Origin: a virus
DNA: 64,000 nt
Reading direction: 5' to 3' (one strand)
IMG/VR virus record: IMGVR_UViG_3300020420_000721
Coordinates: 1-64,000 of that record
Positions 7,629 through 16,862 of this stretch are shown here, piece after piece. A model generated the notes under the pieces. It worked only from the letters and a program-made list of their open reading frames with translations, had not been told where the DNA came from and made no database searches. Position 1 is the stretch's first letter, and the number at the start of each line of letters is the position of its first letter. The position numbers and the translations under genes are program-made.

Positions 7629-9941
7629 TTAAATTACACAGCTTTCGCAGTAATCGTCATATTGTTGATCAGTTTCAAAATCCTCTCTTGACTTCTGATC
7701 ATCTTTAAACTCTATCTCACCTTGTCCATCATAAGTGTTAAAGTAATATAACTGTTTGCCACCATACTTGTAAAACATAAGAAGGTGTTGTAACAAAACA
7801 CTCATTGGTATCTTTTCGTCCTCGAAATATTCTGGGTTGTAGCTTGTATTAACACTAATACCTTGATCAATATATTTTTGCAAAACTGCCATAATTTTAA
7901 TATATCCTTCAGGGCTTCGTTGTTGCCACAACAAATCGTATTTATTTTTAAGGCGTGCAAAACCGGGTACGACCTGTCTTAAAACACCATGTTTGGACTG
8001 CTTCACACTTACGAAAGCACGAGGGGGTTCTACGCCATTTGTACTATTACTAATTTGTGCAGAAGTTTCTGCAGGCATAAGTGCCATTAGTGTGCTGTTT
8101 CTTATGCCAGTCCTTTTTAATTGTGTACGTAGACCTTCCCAATCCATGCGTTCGACGTGTGGAACAAGTTCATCAACTTCTTTTTTATAAGTTTGATTAG
8201 GTGTAATACCAAGGCCATATTTAGTTTCATTATTGCCTGAAATCATTCCTTTTTCCTGTGCTAAATCAGCACTTGCTTTAATTAAATAATATGACCAAGC
8301 TTCTGCCCACTCATCTATTTTAGCTAATCCTTTTTCATCTATGTCCTGATATGACATATCATTTTTTGCTATCCAATAAGCCAAGTTAATAATACCGATA
8401 CCTAAAGGGCGCCTTTTCATTGTACTTGCTTCTGCCGCTAGTACAGGATACTTCTGGTAATCTAAAAGGGCGTCTAAGGCTCTCACAGCCAGTTCACAGG
8501 GCTTTTTAAAGTCATCGGGCTTCTTAATATTACCCCAATTAATAGCACTCAATGTACATAAACTAATTTCACCATGCTCATCAACTATACTTTCTAAAGG
8601 TTTAGTAGGTAAGTTAATTTCACAACATAGATTTGATTGTTTAACAGGTGCTACTTTATCATCAAACGCACCATGTGTATTTGCGTGATCTACATTCATT
8701 AAATATACACGACCTGTATTCTTTCTTTCTTCCATAAACGCAGAAAAAATATCAATTGCTTTTACTACTTTTTTACGCAGACGAGTATTTCGTTCTGCTG
8801 TTTCATAAAGACTTTTAAATTTATCATAATCGTTAAAGAAAGCATCATAAAGTCCTGGAACATCATGAGGTGAAAATAATGTAATATCTCCACCAGAAAG
8901 CAATCTTTCATACATAAGTTTATTAAACTGTACACCATAATCTAGATGTCTAACACGATTGTCTTCTGTACCTTTATTGTTTTTAAGTACTAGTAAGTCC
9001 TCTACTTCTAGATGCCATATAGGGTAATACAGAGTACCTGCACCGCCTCTAACACCACCTTGACTACATGACTTAATTGCACTTTGAAATAGTTTATAAA
9101 ATGGAATAACACCAGTATGACTAGCATCACCATTACGTACCTTTGAACCAATAGCACGAATCTTACCAGCACCAATACCAATACCTGCTTTTTGACTTAC
9201 ATATTTAACCACTGCACTTGTAGTAGCATTAATACTATCCAAACTATCATCCGTTTCAATTAGAACGCAAGATGAAAACTGTCTTTGTGGAGTACGAAGA
9301 CCTGCCATTATGGGAGTTGGTAAACTGATATCGAAATGACTGATCGCATCATAAAAATCTTTTACGTATTTCATACGTACATCTTTTTCATAATGACTGA
9401 ATAAAGTAGCTGATATCATCATATAGCAAACCTGAGGAGTTTCATATACCTTGCCTGAAACTCTATTTTGAACAAGATATTTTCCTCTGAACTGTTCCAT
9501 ACCAGCATATGCAAGATCTTCATCTCTATCATGTTTTAGATAAGAATTAAGCTGATCAATTTCTTCCTCGTCATAACTGACAAAAAATTCTGGATCGTAA
9601 TAACCTAGCTCTACATTTGTACGAGCAATTTCACTTAGATGTGGTGGATTAAATTGATTATATACCATTTTACGTAAATGATAGTTAATTAAACGTCCTG
9701 CTACCCATTGATAGTTAGGAGTTTCTTCTGTAATTAAATCTGATGCCGCCTTAATTAATGTTTCCTGTACTTCACTAGTTGAAATACCATTAAAAAATTG
9801 TATATGACTTTTTAATTCTACCTCAGATGCACTTACCCCTGATATACCTTCACAGGCATAAAAGACTACTTTGTGCATTTTTTCTAAATCTAGGGGTTCT
9901 TTCTTTCCGTCGCGTTTTGTTACAATTATTTCATTTGTCAT
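7629..9941 (-). CDS. nrdA: Ribonucleotide reductase class Ia alpha subunit
   Basis: ATP cone (VTKRDG), FSSC, SNLCCEI, LYY, C-terminal CESC. Confidence 0.97.
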   Translation of the reverse strand: MTNEIIVTKRDGKKEPLDLEKMHKVVFYACEGISGVSASEVELKSHIQFFNGISTSEVQETLIKAASDLITEETPNYQWVAGRLINYHLRKMVYNQFNPPHLSEIARTNVELGYYDPEFFVSYDEEEIDQLNSYLKHDRDEDLAYAGMEQFRGKYLVQNRVSGKVYETPQVCYMMISATLFSHYEKDVRMKYVKDFYDAISHFDISLPTPIMAGLRTPQRQFSSCVLIETDDSLDSINATTSAVVKYVSQKAGIGIGAGKIRAIGSKVRNGDASHTGVIPFYKLFQSAIKSCSQGGVRGGAGTLYYPIWHLEVEDLLVLKNNKGTEDNRVRHLDYGVQFNKLMYERLLSGGDITLFSPHDVPGLYDAFFNDYDKFKSLYETAERNTRLRKKVVKAIDIFSAFMEERKNTGRVYLMNVDHANTHGAFDDKVAPVKQSNLCCEINLPTKPLESIVDEHGEISLCTLSAINWGNIKKPDDFKKPCELAVRALDALLDYQKYPVLAAEASTMKRRPLGIGIINLAYWIAKNDMSYQDIDEKGLAKIDEWAEAWSYYLIKASADLAQEKGMISGNNETKYGLGITPNQTYKKEVDELVPHVERMDWEGLRTQLKRTGIRNSTLMALMPAETSAQISNSTNGVEPPRAFVSVKQSKHGVLRQVVPGFARLKNKYDLLWQQRSPEGYIKIMAVLQKYIDQGISVNTSYNPEYFEDEKIPMSVLLQHLLMFYKYGGKQLYYFNTYDGQGEIEFKDDQKSREDFETDQQYDDYCESCVI

Positions 9942-10003
9942 TCTATTAAACCTTCTCTGTCGGACATCTAGTATTATTTAATCCTAAATCTTTGTTGAAA
10001 AAA

Positions 10004-10438
10004 CTAGGTTAACTGTTCTGACGTCCAAGTCTCCATTTTTACTTTTAGTGGTATAGTATCTATAGTGTTAACTTCTCCCCAATTACGGCAAAGTACCCAC
10101 TGGTTATCCACAATTACTACCAGTCCTAGGAAGTCATCTGCATGATCTTGTATCAAACTAACTTCACATTCAAGCCCCAAATAATGTAGTGTATAAAATA
10201 TACCTAGAGCTATTGCGTTCTCATCGAACTTGCCTTCATAAATTAAGTCCCAAGGACTAGGCCAGTCTTGGGAAAAATAAGGATCGATTACTCTTTTATC
10301 GAGAGGAACCATTTTCCACCAATCCACACACTTTTGCAAGTTTTCCGGTGTTGGTAATCCTTCTAAACTTTGTCTAAACTGCCTCCAATTTTGTAGGCGT
10401 TCGCGTGGTGGTAATTGCCATATTAAATTGCTTTGCAT
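10004..10438 (-). CDS. Hypothetical protein
   Basis: 144 aa ORF; TAAATA upstream at 10455-10460. Confidence 0.7.
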   Translation of the reverse strand: MQSNLIWQLPPRERLQNWRQFRQSLEGLPTPENLQKCVDWWKMVPLDKRVIDPYFSQDWPSPWDLIYEGKFDENAIALGIFYTLHYLGLECEVSLIQDHADDFLGLVVIVDNQWVLCRNWGEVNTIDTIPLKVKMETWTSEQLT

Positions 10439-10457
10439 AGTTTAACTTACTAGCTAT

Positions 10458-11135
10458 TTATTCGTTTACGTTATAGAATTCCTGTAATCTTTTCGCCCAG
10501 GAGTCCTCCCATTTCTTAAACTCATCTACTTTAACTTCGAATAATTGCCAATCACAATTTCTACTACACATAAAAATTGCAAGATTTTCAATTTTAGTTT
10601 CATAAAGTTCATTGTGTGCTAGAGCATAAGCCGCACCTTGCAAAAAATAGTCCTCAATCCATTCTCTTCTTTTAGGCTTATTGGTTTGTTTGAAGTCCAT
10701 TATAGTAGGTTTGCCCTTCCACACTCCCAATAAGTCTGCTGTACCTGCATAAAGTTGTGGATAACATAAATTTACTTCACTTCCCCACACTTCATCCAAA
10801 TCTGGTTCAATGTTTTTCTTTACAGTGTCAGCCATTAGCTTTGCCTGTAAAACCATCTTACCAGTGTACTCTTGATTCTTAACCCAGCTTTCTAGAATCT
10901 CATGCATTATTGATCCTACATTAGCCGCTTCAGTAACAATCTTTTGAGCTTCTTTTTCTCCAACCCTTTTTTTCCAATTTGCCAATGCTTTTCTTTTTTC
11001 AGCTGGCTTTGTTTTATCAAGAATTGTAGTTACACTTGGAACTGGATCGCCCCAAGGGTTTTCATACAAACGTTTTCCATTATGATTCTTTCGTTTGAGT
11101 TCCTGATAAGGATATGGAGATGTAATTTTTATCAT
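10458..11135 (-). CDS. PD-(D/E)xK exonuclease (lambda-exo/RecB-like)
   Basis: PSVTTIL, GSIMH, E..YAGTAD..IMDFK, QGAAYA. Confidence 0.85.
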   Translation of the reverse strand: MIKITSPYPYQELKRKNHNGKRLYENPWGDPVPSVTTILDKTKPAEKRKALANWKKRVGEKEAQKIVTEAANVGSIMHEILESWVKNQEYTGKMVLQAKLMADTVKKNIEPDLDEVWGSEVNLCYPQLYAGTADLLGVWKGKPTIMDFKQTNKPKRREWIEDYFLQGAAYALAHNELYETKIENLAIFMCSRNCDWQLFEVKVDEFKKWEDSWAKRLQEFYNVNE

Positions 11136-11141
11136 TCTCTT

Positions 11142-11170
11142 ATACTAACTTACAATTTGTATTAAGTCAA
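11142..11170 (-). promoter_or_regulatory. Sigma70 promoter with leaderless geometry
   Basis: TTGACT-N17-TAGTAT-N6-ATG. Confidence 0.65.
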
Positions 11171-11247
11171 GTAAGTTTTTATAGAATTATTAGAAATATG
11201 TTAATGTTTTGGAGGTTTTTAAAAAATACAACCGATAACTGTGTCTT

Positions 11248-11868
11248 CTACCAGTATATGTGCCATTTAAAGGTTTGACCAGTTGCTGTATTTGTAATTC
11301 TTTCTATCTTATAGCCTAAGTTTTGAAAATATTTTATTACTTCATTCATTTGTTGTATTTTAGCACGATCATTTAATGCACCTTGCCAAGATTGGAAGTA
11401 TTGTACACTAGCTGGATTTGTAGGAATAGCATATACACCTTGTATAAATCCTAAACTTGCATTAGCTGTACCAGCACCAATTTCATAACTCCAAACACTA
11501 TTTGCATGAACATCAATATTTAAAACTAGAAAATTGTTGTCTTTTGTTGCTACTATTCCTGGAAGATTTGCGTTATTGATATCTGCAATAATGCCATCTA
11601 GTGTATTTGCTACTACACCTAATGTCACACTCTGTCCATTAATAATAAATGTATCATTATTGTTTACTACTGGATTATTGATTGTACCAATTTTTTGAAC
11701 ACTTGGTGTTGACGTTGTCATTGTTGTTAAATCAGAAACTAATATGTCAAAATTACCATATCCACTTGCTGAAATTATTTGTTTCATTATTTCATGACAT
11801 TCTTCGAAAATAATCATGTCTTGTGAACTTTTTGCTCTAGCCTGTGCCGCGTTTAATCCTACCGTCAT
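11248..11868 (-). CDS. Hypothetical virion structural protein
   Basis: Beta-rich insert (FIING..VTLG..IADINNANLPGIVA) typical of tail proteins. Confidence 0.55.
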   Translation of the reverse strand: MTVGLNAAQARAKSSQDMIIFEECHEIMKQIISASGYGNFDILVSDLTTMTTSTPSVQKIGTINNPVVNNNDTFIINGQSVTLGVVANTLDGIIADINNANLPGIVATKDNNFLVLNIDVHANSVWSYEIGAGTANASLGFIQGVYAIPTNPASVQYFQSWQGALNDRAKIQQMNEVIKYFQNLGYKIERITNTATGQTFKWHIYW

Positions 11869-12200
11869 TTGTCTAATTCTCTTTTAACTGTCTTACGAGC
11901 CATTTGGTCAATTTTATTATCTGCCTTTTCAGGATCTGATGTCTTATCGAAAGATTTAAATGCCTTACTATGTGTATTAAAATAGACTACATCATCTTTA
12001 ATGTTATCTACTATTGCGAGGTTATTTAAAACATCAAATAGTGTAGCCTTATCTAAATTTATACCTTCTTTTGAAAGTTCTCCTAAAAGAGTTTCTAATG
12101 ATACTGTTCCTATACCCTCTCCTGACATAACTGTCAGTAGATCTATTATAGATTGCTTCGTTGTATCGTCCTCTTTAAAGATTACTTCCGAAATCAGCAT
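11865..12200 (-). CDS. Hypothetical protein, putative internal head protein
   Basis: MLISEVIFKE N-terminus; in late gene block. Confidence 0.6.
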   Translation of the reverse strand: MLISEVIFKEDDTTKQSIIDLLTVMSGEGIGTVSLETLLGELSKEGINLDKATLFDVLNNLAIVDNIKDDVVYFNTHSKAFKSFDKTSDPEKADNKIDQMARKTVKRELDK

Positions 12201-12203
12201 AGT

Positions 12204-12959
12204 TTATGCCTTTCTTAGTTCTTCAAAAGCCTTCTTTAGAAGTTCTTTACTTACTTTGCCATCCTTTTGTGCTTCTTTTACCATTTTAAGAGCTGATAGA
12301 TAAGCGTCTTCTTTCATTTCACGCTCACCGTCCATCTCATCAGCATTAGCCGCATCAACACCTTCAAAATCATCTGTTTCCGGTTCTGCAGGAATTTCAG
12401 GATCTGCTGGAGCATCAAGAGTAGTATCCATTTCCATATCAGTTGGAACTTCTTTACCTTGAGCTGTTAATACAGCATTATCCATTGATTCTTTTGTTGA
12501 CTTAACAGCATCTAACGCACTTTGTAGAGCAGTTTCTGCTGATGCGTTAAACGCTTCAGCTTGTTCAATACCAACTTCTTCTTTCATTTTGTCAGTAATT
12601 GCCATTAGCTCTTCAACTTGCATACTTGCTAGAGTTTCTGCCATTTTTTGTAGGTCTTCAGCCATTTGTTTAGCCGCAAGTAATACTTCTGCTTGGTCTA
12701 ATTCATTTTCCATTACAGTGTTCTTTCTTGTTTCTAATTCCTGATCTAGTCCTTCTTTTACTAATAATAGCTTTTGAAATGACTTGTCAGTGACTTCAAC
12801 ACCAGCGTCACGAAATCTTTCGATCTTTGCTGTTGTTGCTTCTCTAATTTTTTCTAATTTAGCAGTATCGGCCTTAAAATTAAAGTCCATACCGAATATA
12901 CCCTTAAGGGCAGTATCTAACTTCGAAAAGTTTTTATCATTTAATTCATCTAAATTCAT
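12204..12959 (-). CDS. Acidic coiled-coil protein, prohead core/scaffold-like
   Basis: E/D/A-rich helices; start reassigned to 12959 (GAGG RBS, TAAATA upstream). Confidence 0.6.
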   Translation of the reverse strand: MNLDELNDKNFSKLDTALKGIFGMDFNFKADTAKLEKIREATTAKIERFRDAGVEVTDKSFQKLLLVKEGLDQELETRKNTVMENELDQAEVLLAAKQMAEDLQKMAETLASMQVEELMAITDKMKEEVGIEQAEAFNASAETALQSALDAVKSTKESMDNAVLTAQGKEVPTDMEMDTTLDAPADPEIPAEPETDDFEGVDAANADEMDGEREMKEDAYLSALKMVKEAQKDGKVSKELLKKAFEELRKA

Positions 12960-13078
12960 ATGGTTAACCTCGCTATAAGTTATATATAATGTATTTAGCA
13001 AGAAAGGGCAAAATTTAAAGCATAGTTAACGTCTAACCACTCACCTCGATGCTATAATAGCTTTATTTTCAGCAAAAA

Positions 13079-13579
13079 TTACAGTAAATTTTTAATGTGT
13101 GTCTTGCATTCATTCATTCTAGATAATGATTGTCCAAATTTCGCATCAGCAATATCATATTTGTGGTTGTCTTCACCATATTGCTTCATTCTAGACTTAT
13201 GAGTTGCCGCTTCATACATATAATCGGCATATCTCTTATCATAATCAAGTATTCTTTCCACATTAATTTTTGATTTTGATTCACCAACTAGATCTTTTAC
13301 TATAGTCATTGCTGTTTCAAATAAAGAAATATCTTCATATAAAACTTCGTTGTCTTCGTTCTTAATACGATAAAACGTTTTTTCGTATAATCCAACGATT
13401 TTCTCTTTATACAATTCAACCTTAACATCTGCTACTCGGATTGTATCTCCAGTTTTTAGTCCAGTTGCGACTTCTACATTACCATCTTGTACTTCTGTGA
13501 TAACTTGTTTAGTTGCATTAGTTGTAGCTGATTGAAGTCTCTCTAAGATGGCTTTCATCTGTTTAGTATCTTCGTTCAT
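13079..13579 (-). CDS. Hypothetical protein
   Basis: 166 aa, translationally coupled. Confidence 0.7.
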   Translation of the reverse strand: MNEDTKQMKAILERLQSATTNATKQVITEVQDGNVEVATGLKTGDTIRVADVKVELYKEKIVGLYEKTFYRIKNEDNEVLYEDISLFETAMTIVKDLVGESKSKINVERILDYDKRYADYMYEAATHKSRMKQYGEDNHKYDIADAKFGQSLSRMNECKTHIKNLL

Positions 13580-13788
13580 TATAGGCTCCCTTTCTTTCTA
13601 GAATAATAAGTCTTCCCATCCTTCTCTTCACGAGTAAGTATGTTTTTATTACATAGTTGACGGGCTAGTTCAACATCACGTTCGCTGAGATCTTCAGTAC
13701 ACGTTTCTTCTATAATACTCTCATAAACTTTATATTCAAAGTTATTAAGGAATACTGGAATTCCACCTACTGTTTCTACACACTTCAT
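13579..13788 (-). CDS. Small hypothetical protein, possible winged helix
   Basis: LSERDVELARQLCNKNILTR..DGKTYY. Confidence 0.55.
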   Translation of the reverse strand: MKCVETVGGIPVFLNNFEYKVYESIIEETCTEDLSERDVELARQLCNKNILTREEKDGKTYYSRKKGSL

Positions 13789-14288
13789 GATGTTAGCTTC
13801 TTTACTAGTCCACGTAATCTCTCAAGTTCTTGAGAATTCTTTTTTGACGCATCAGCGTTTGAATCTGATTGATCTTTATTATTATCACGCTGAATATCGT
13901 CGGGATCTTTTGGAGCCGTTGTACCTGTAGGTTGAATATTGCCACCTGCTACAGATCGGTCTATTGAATTTTGTCTGGCATATTTTTGTCCTGCAATGCC
14001 AGTTAATCTATCTGTTGATTTTTGTCTAACAGTAGATTGTCTGTTTGTTGCCATACTTGCATTGTTACCGGAACCGGTACCGTATGCTTCAGTCATAGCA
14101 CTTAAATCTATAATTTCTGAAAATCTTTCTTGATCATCGTTTTTAATTGCATCAACAAGAGTAAGAGTCTGTGCAAATGATAAATTTTTAAGTTGATCTG
14201 AAACCATTTCCGCTTTTGGCTCCATTCCAAATCTTATATTTGCATAATCAATAACTGTATCTACTATACTATTATTTTTAATTTCCAT
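13785..14288 (-). CDS. Hypothetical protein, putative internal head protein
   Basis: AMTE-A possible cleavage site then low-complexity tail. Confidence 0.6.
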   Translation of the reverse strand: MEIKNNSIVDTVIDYANIRFGMEPKAEMVSDQLKNLSFAQTLTLVDAIKNDDQERFSEIIDLSAMTEAYGTGSGNNASMATNRQSTVRQKSTDRLTGIAGQKYARQNSIDRSVAGGNIQPTGTTAPKDPDDIQRDNNKDQSDSNADASKKNSQELERLRGLVKKLTS

Positions 14289-14578
14289 TATCTTCTTGCC
14301 TTGTTTAATCTTTGTACAATTTTACTTGCTGGATTCATACGTTTTGTAATTCTAGCTTTACGTTGTAAACGTCCACCCATACTAGCTTTCATACGTTTAA
14401 TAACAAAACGTTTTTTAATATCTATTGGTGCTGTACATTGTTGAGGACTAGAAACTGGTCTTCCTTTTCTTTTTCCTACTGTACAACGAAATTTTCGCAC
14501 CACTTTTTTGCCACGACGAGCAAAAATCATCTTGGCTTCAGTTATAATTCCATTGTATGTCTCATTTACTAGAAACAT
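14288..14578 (-). CDS. Very basic prohead-core-like protein
   Basis: IITE-A site followed by K/R-rich body, reminiscent of T4 gp68. Confidence 0.55.
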   Translation of the reverse strand: MFLVNETYNGIITEAKMIFARRGKKVVRKFRCTVGKRKGRPVSSPQQCTAPIDIKKRFVIKRMKASMGGRLQRKARITKRMNPASKIVQRLNKARR

Positions 14579-14584
14579 AATTCA

Positions 14585-14863
14585 TTATCCTACGGATATA
14601 TTACCGTTCAATGCAATCAACAGTACAACAATAGTTGATAACAGACCTGCAATAAGTGTAGCGGCGCCACCAATTATCATTCTAGTACTGGTTGACTTAT
14701 CATTTGTTCGAGTATCTGTAATCTTATTTAAAGATGTCTCTAAACGGTCAAATCTTTCGTCTAATCTGTCTAATTTATCTTCTAACACGCGATACCTCTC
14801 CGCACACAAATCAACGTGTGCTTCAAGATTTTCACGCTCTAGTCTTGACTGTTGCATTGCCAT
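14585..14863 (-). CDS. Coiled-coil + C-terminal TM protein (XhlA/holin-like)
   Basis: Heptad repeats then one hydrophobic helix; TATAAATA upstream at about 14943-14950. Confidence 0.55.
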   Translation of the reverse strand: MAMQQSRLERENLEAHVDLCAERYRVLEDKLDRLDERFDRLETSLNKITDTRTNDKSTSTRMIIGGAATLIAGLLSTIVVLLIALNGNISVG

Positions 14864-14945
14864 AATCTAATCTCGCAATCTATGTCTCATAAAGAGCCTG
14901 TGATTTTCGTATTATAGCCACTCTGTGGCTTTTTAATATATGTAT

Positions 14946-15392
14946 TTATAACTTTTCGTTGTATATAACATATGTGTTTTTGGTTGTTCCAGTAGTAATA
15001 AATTTAGGGTCAGTTTCCCATGTATTATCTAAATCTGCGTATATTGGAACACCATCTATATCGTCTAATAGGTAAAAACTTGGATCGTCTTTTTTACGCC
15101 AAATATCCGGTTTTTCACTAGCAAATTTTAATACCCAAATATTATGTTTTCCAGAAATATCATCGCCAAAATTATACTCAGATACATCTGTATCTTCTAA
15201 CTTATTAACACTAGAAATAACAGGCAATCCACGCAAACTTAAGGCTTGTATAATACTGTTATAGTTTTGAGCCTGTAGGAAAGTTTTTGAATTACCTTTT
15301 GGGTTTGTATTTCCTGTATTTGTTATATCTATCACAGTATATATAGTGAAAAAATCCATATCACCAGTTAATACTTCTAAGCCTTTAGACAT
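14946..15392 (-). CDS. Hypothetical protein
   Basis: 148 aa ORF. Confidence 0.7.
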   Translation of the reverse strand: MSKGLEVLTGDMDFFTIYTVIDITNTGNTNPKGNSKTFLQAQNYNSIIQALSLRGLPVISSVNKLEDTDVSEYNFGDDISGKHNIWVLKFASEKPDIWRKKDDPSFYLLDDIDGVPIYADLDNTWETDPKFITTGTTKNTYVIYNEKL

Positions 15393-16092
15393 TTATATCC
15401 TCTAATAATTGTGTTATATTTTGTACTATATTTCTTTTTTCTTTTTCTGTATTAGATTTTACTGGTAAATTCCATACATTAATCTGTTCTCTTTTTGGAT
15501 ATTCTGCAAAATCTATATCTGGATTACCTGTAAAATCTTCATATTTGTATATTTTATGCCACTTGTATTTATTTTTTAAATTTTTCAAATGAGTATCACA
15601 TTTAATTAGAAATTTAATATTGTCTAAATGTATATCTCTTTTATAAACAATATTATTAGGTGTCTGTACTTCTGTATTCACCCATTTCTCCGTTTCATAA
15701 GCAATAATCCAGGATAATATTGTATCCAAAATGTTTTCTCTATATAATAATATTGCATTTGTATTTTTTACAATATCTCTTAATACAGATCCTCCTAATG
15801 GCAATAAATGTGTAATATGTGCCTGTCCTTGCCAATCATTTTTTGTTGAAATTAAATTATATACTCTATCTTTTATCTCTTGATTGGAAGAACGTCTGAT
15901 TGTTTGATCTTTTAAATTTCTGGGCCAGTATACTTTTAAAATATTATTATCAAATCTATAAACATCATTAGGATACATATGATGTAAGCATTCTCCTAGC
16001 GGTAATATCTGTAATCTTTGAGCTAATGATTCTGCACAATAATGACTTCCACTTCGAGGAGAAGTTACGATAAAATATTTACCTGTAGTCAT
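15385..16092 (-). CDS. Sulfotransferase (Stf0-like)
   Basis: 5'-PSB loop TSPRSGSHY, 3'-PB motif YRENILDTILS, YEDF. Confidence 0.75.
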   Translation of the reverse strand: MTTGKYFIVTSPRSGSHYCAESLAQRLQILPLGECLHHMYPNDVYRFDNNILKVYWPRNLKDQTIRRSSNQEIKDRVYNLISTKNDWQGQAHITHLLPLGGSVLRDIVKNTNAILLYRENILDTILSWIIAYETEKWVNTEVQTPNNIVYKRDIHLDNIKFLIKCDTHLKNLKNKYKWHKIYKYEDFTGNPDIDFAEYPKREQINVWNLPVKSNTEKEKRNIVQNITQLLEDINV

Positions 16093-16103
16093 TTAGTATC
16101 CTT

Positions 16104-16862
16104 TTAGTAACCTAATAGTTTACCAAGTCCATAACCAGCACCAAATGCGGCTGTTTTTCTAACCACTTGTTTGGCAATTTTACTTTTTAATCCAGGACCT
16201 GCAACCAGCTTGTTAGCATTAGCAAACTGCATAAACAAGGGCATAAGATCGCTTCTACGGGCATTTAATCTATAGTATTTGGCTATTTGTGTTGTTGCCA
16301 AAGTCTGCTGGTTAGTAGATAATGATGACCAATCTTGAATTAATCTACGTGCCGCACGTAATTTTGGATCTTGTATTGCCAATTGTCTTTCTAATCTAGT
16401 TAAAAACACACTAGCCTGAGATGAGCTAACTGCACCTTTTGAAATCTGTAACAGAAACGTCTTCAATCTCTGTGGTTGAAGTTGAATTTTATTGAATAAT
16501 AATGTACTTTTTTCTCCAGGAATATTTTCTGCTTGGAGTGTATGGATTGTTTGATATAAATCAGTTCCACTAGGACTAGGATTATTAAAATTACCAAAAC
16601 GAATTGTACGTTTTGCATATTCACTTGCCATAGGAGCAAAGTCATAATTTTGACTTAATACATATAAAGAAAGAATACCTACAAATGCATGATCTGCAAC
16701 ATCTCTAGCACCTGAATTTTCAATCTGTTTACGTGTTCTAAACATCTTTGCTTCACCAAGTGTTTGTATAAACTCTGCAGGTTTTACTCCGTATTGACTT
16801 TTTAGTTCAGGCACCTCGTGTCCGCCTTCCATACAAGCCTTTTGAAAATCATTAAATTTCAT
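16104..16862 (-). CDS. Hypothetical protein, putative internal head protein
   Basis: MKFNDF N-terminus, TLGE-A site, amphipathic glycine-rich C-terminus. Confidence 0.6.
   Translation of the reverse strand: MKFNDFQKACMEGGHEVPELKSQYGVKPAEFIQTLGEAKMFRTRKQIENSGARDVADHAFVGILSLYVLSQNYDFAPMASEYAKRTIRFGNFNNPSPSGTDLYQTIHTLQAENIPGEKSTLLFNKIQLQPQRLKTFLLQISKGAVSSSQASVFLTRLERQLAIQDPKLRAARRLIQDWSSLSTNQQTLATTQIAKYYRLNARRSDLMPLFMQFANANKLVAGPGLKSKIAKQVVRKTAAFGAGYGLGKLLGY

Noticed and set aside
10458-11135. Cas4/CRISPR link for the PD-(D/E)xK nuclease
   Set aside because: No four-Cys Fe-S pattern, no cas neighbours and no repeat-spacer array noticed
13002-13078. Possible structured RNA in the intergenic gap
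   Set aside because: Only short AT-rich pairings; no convincing fold
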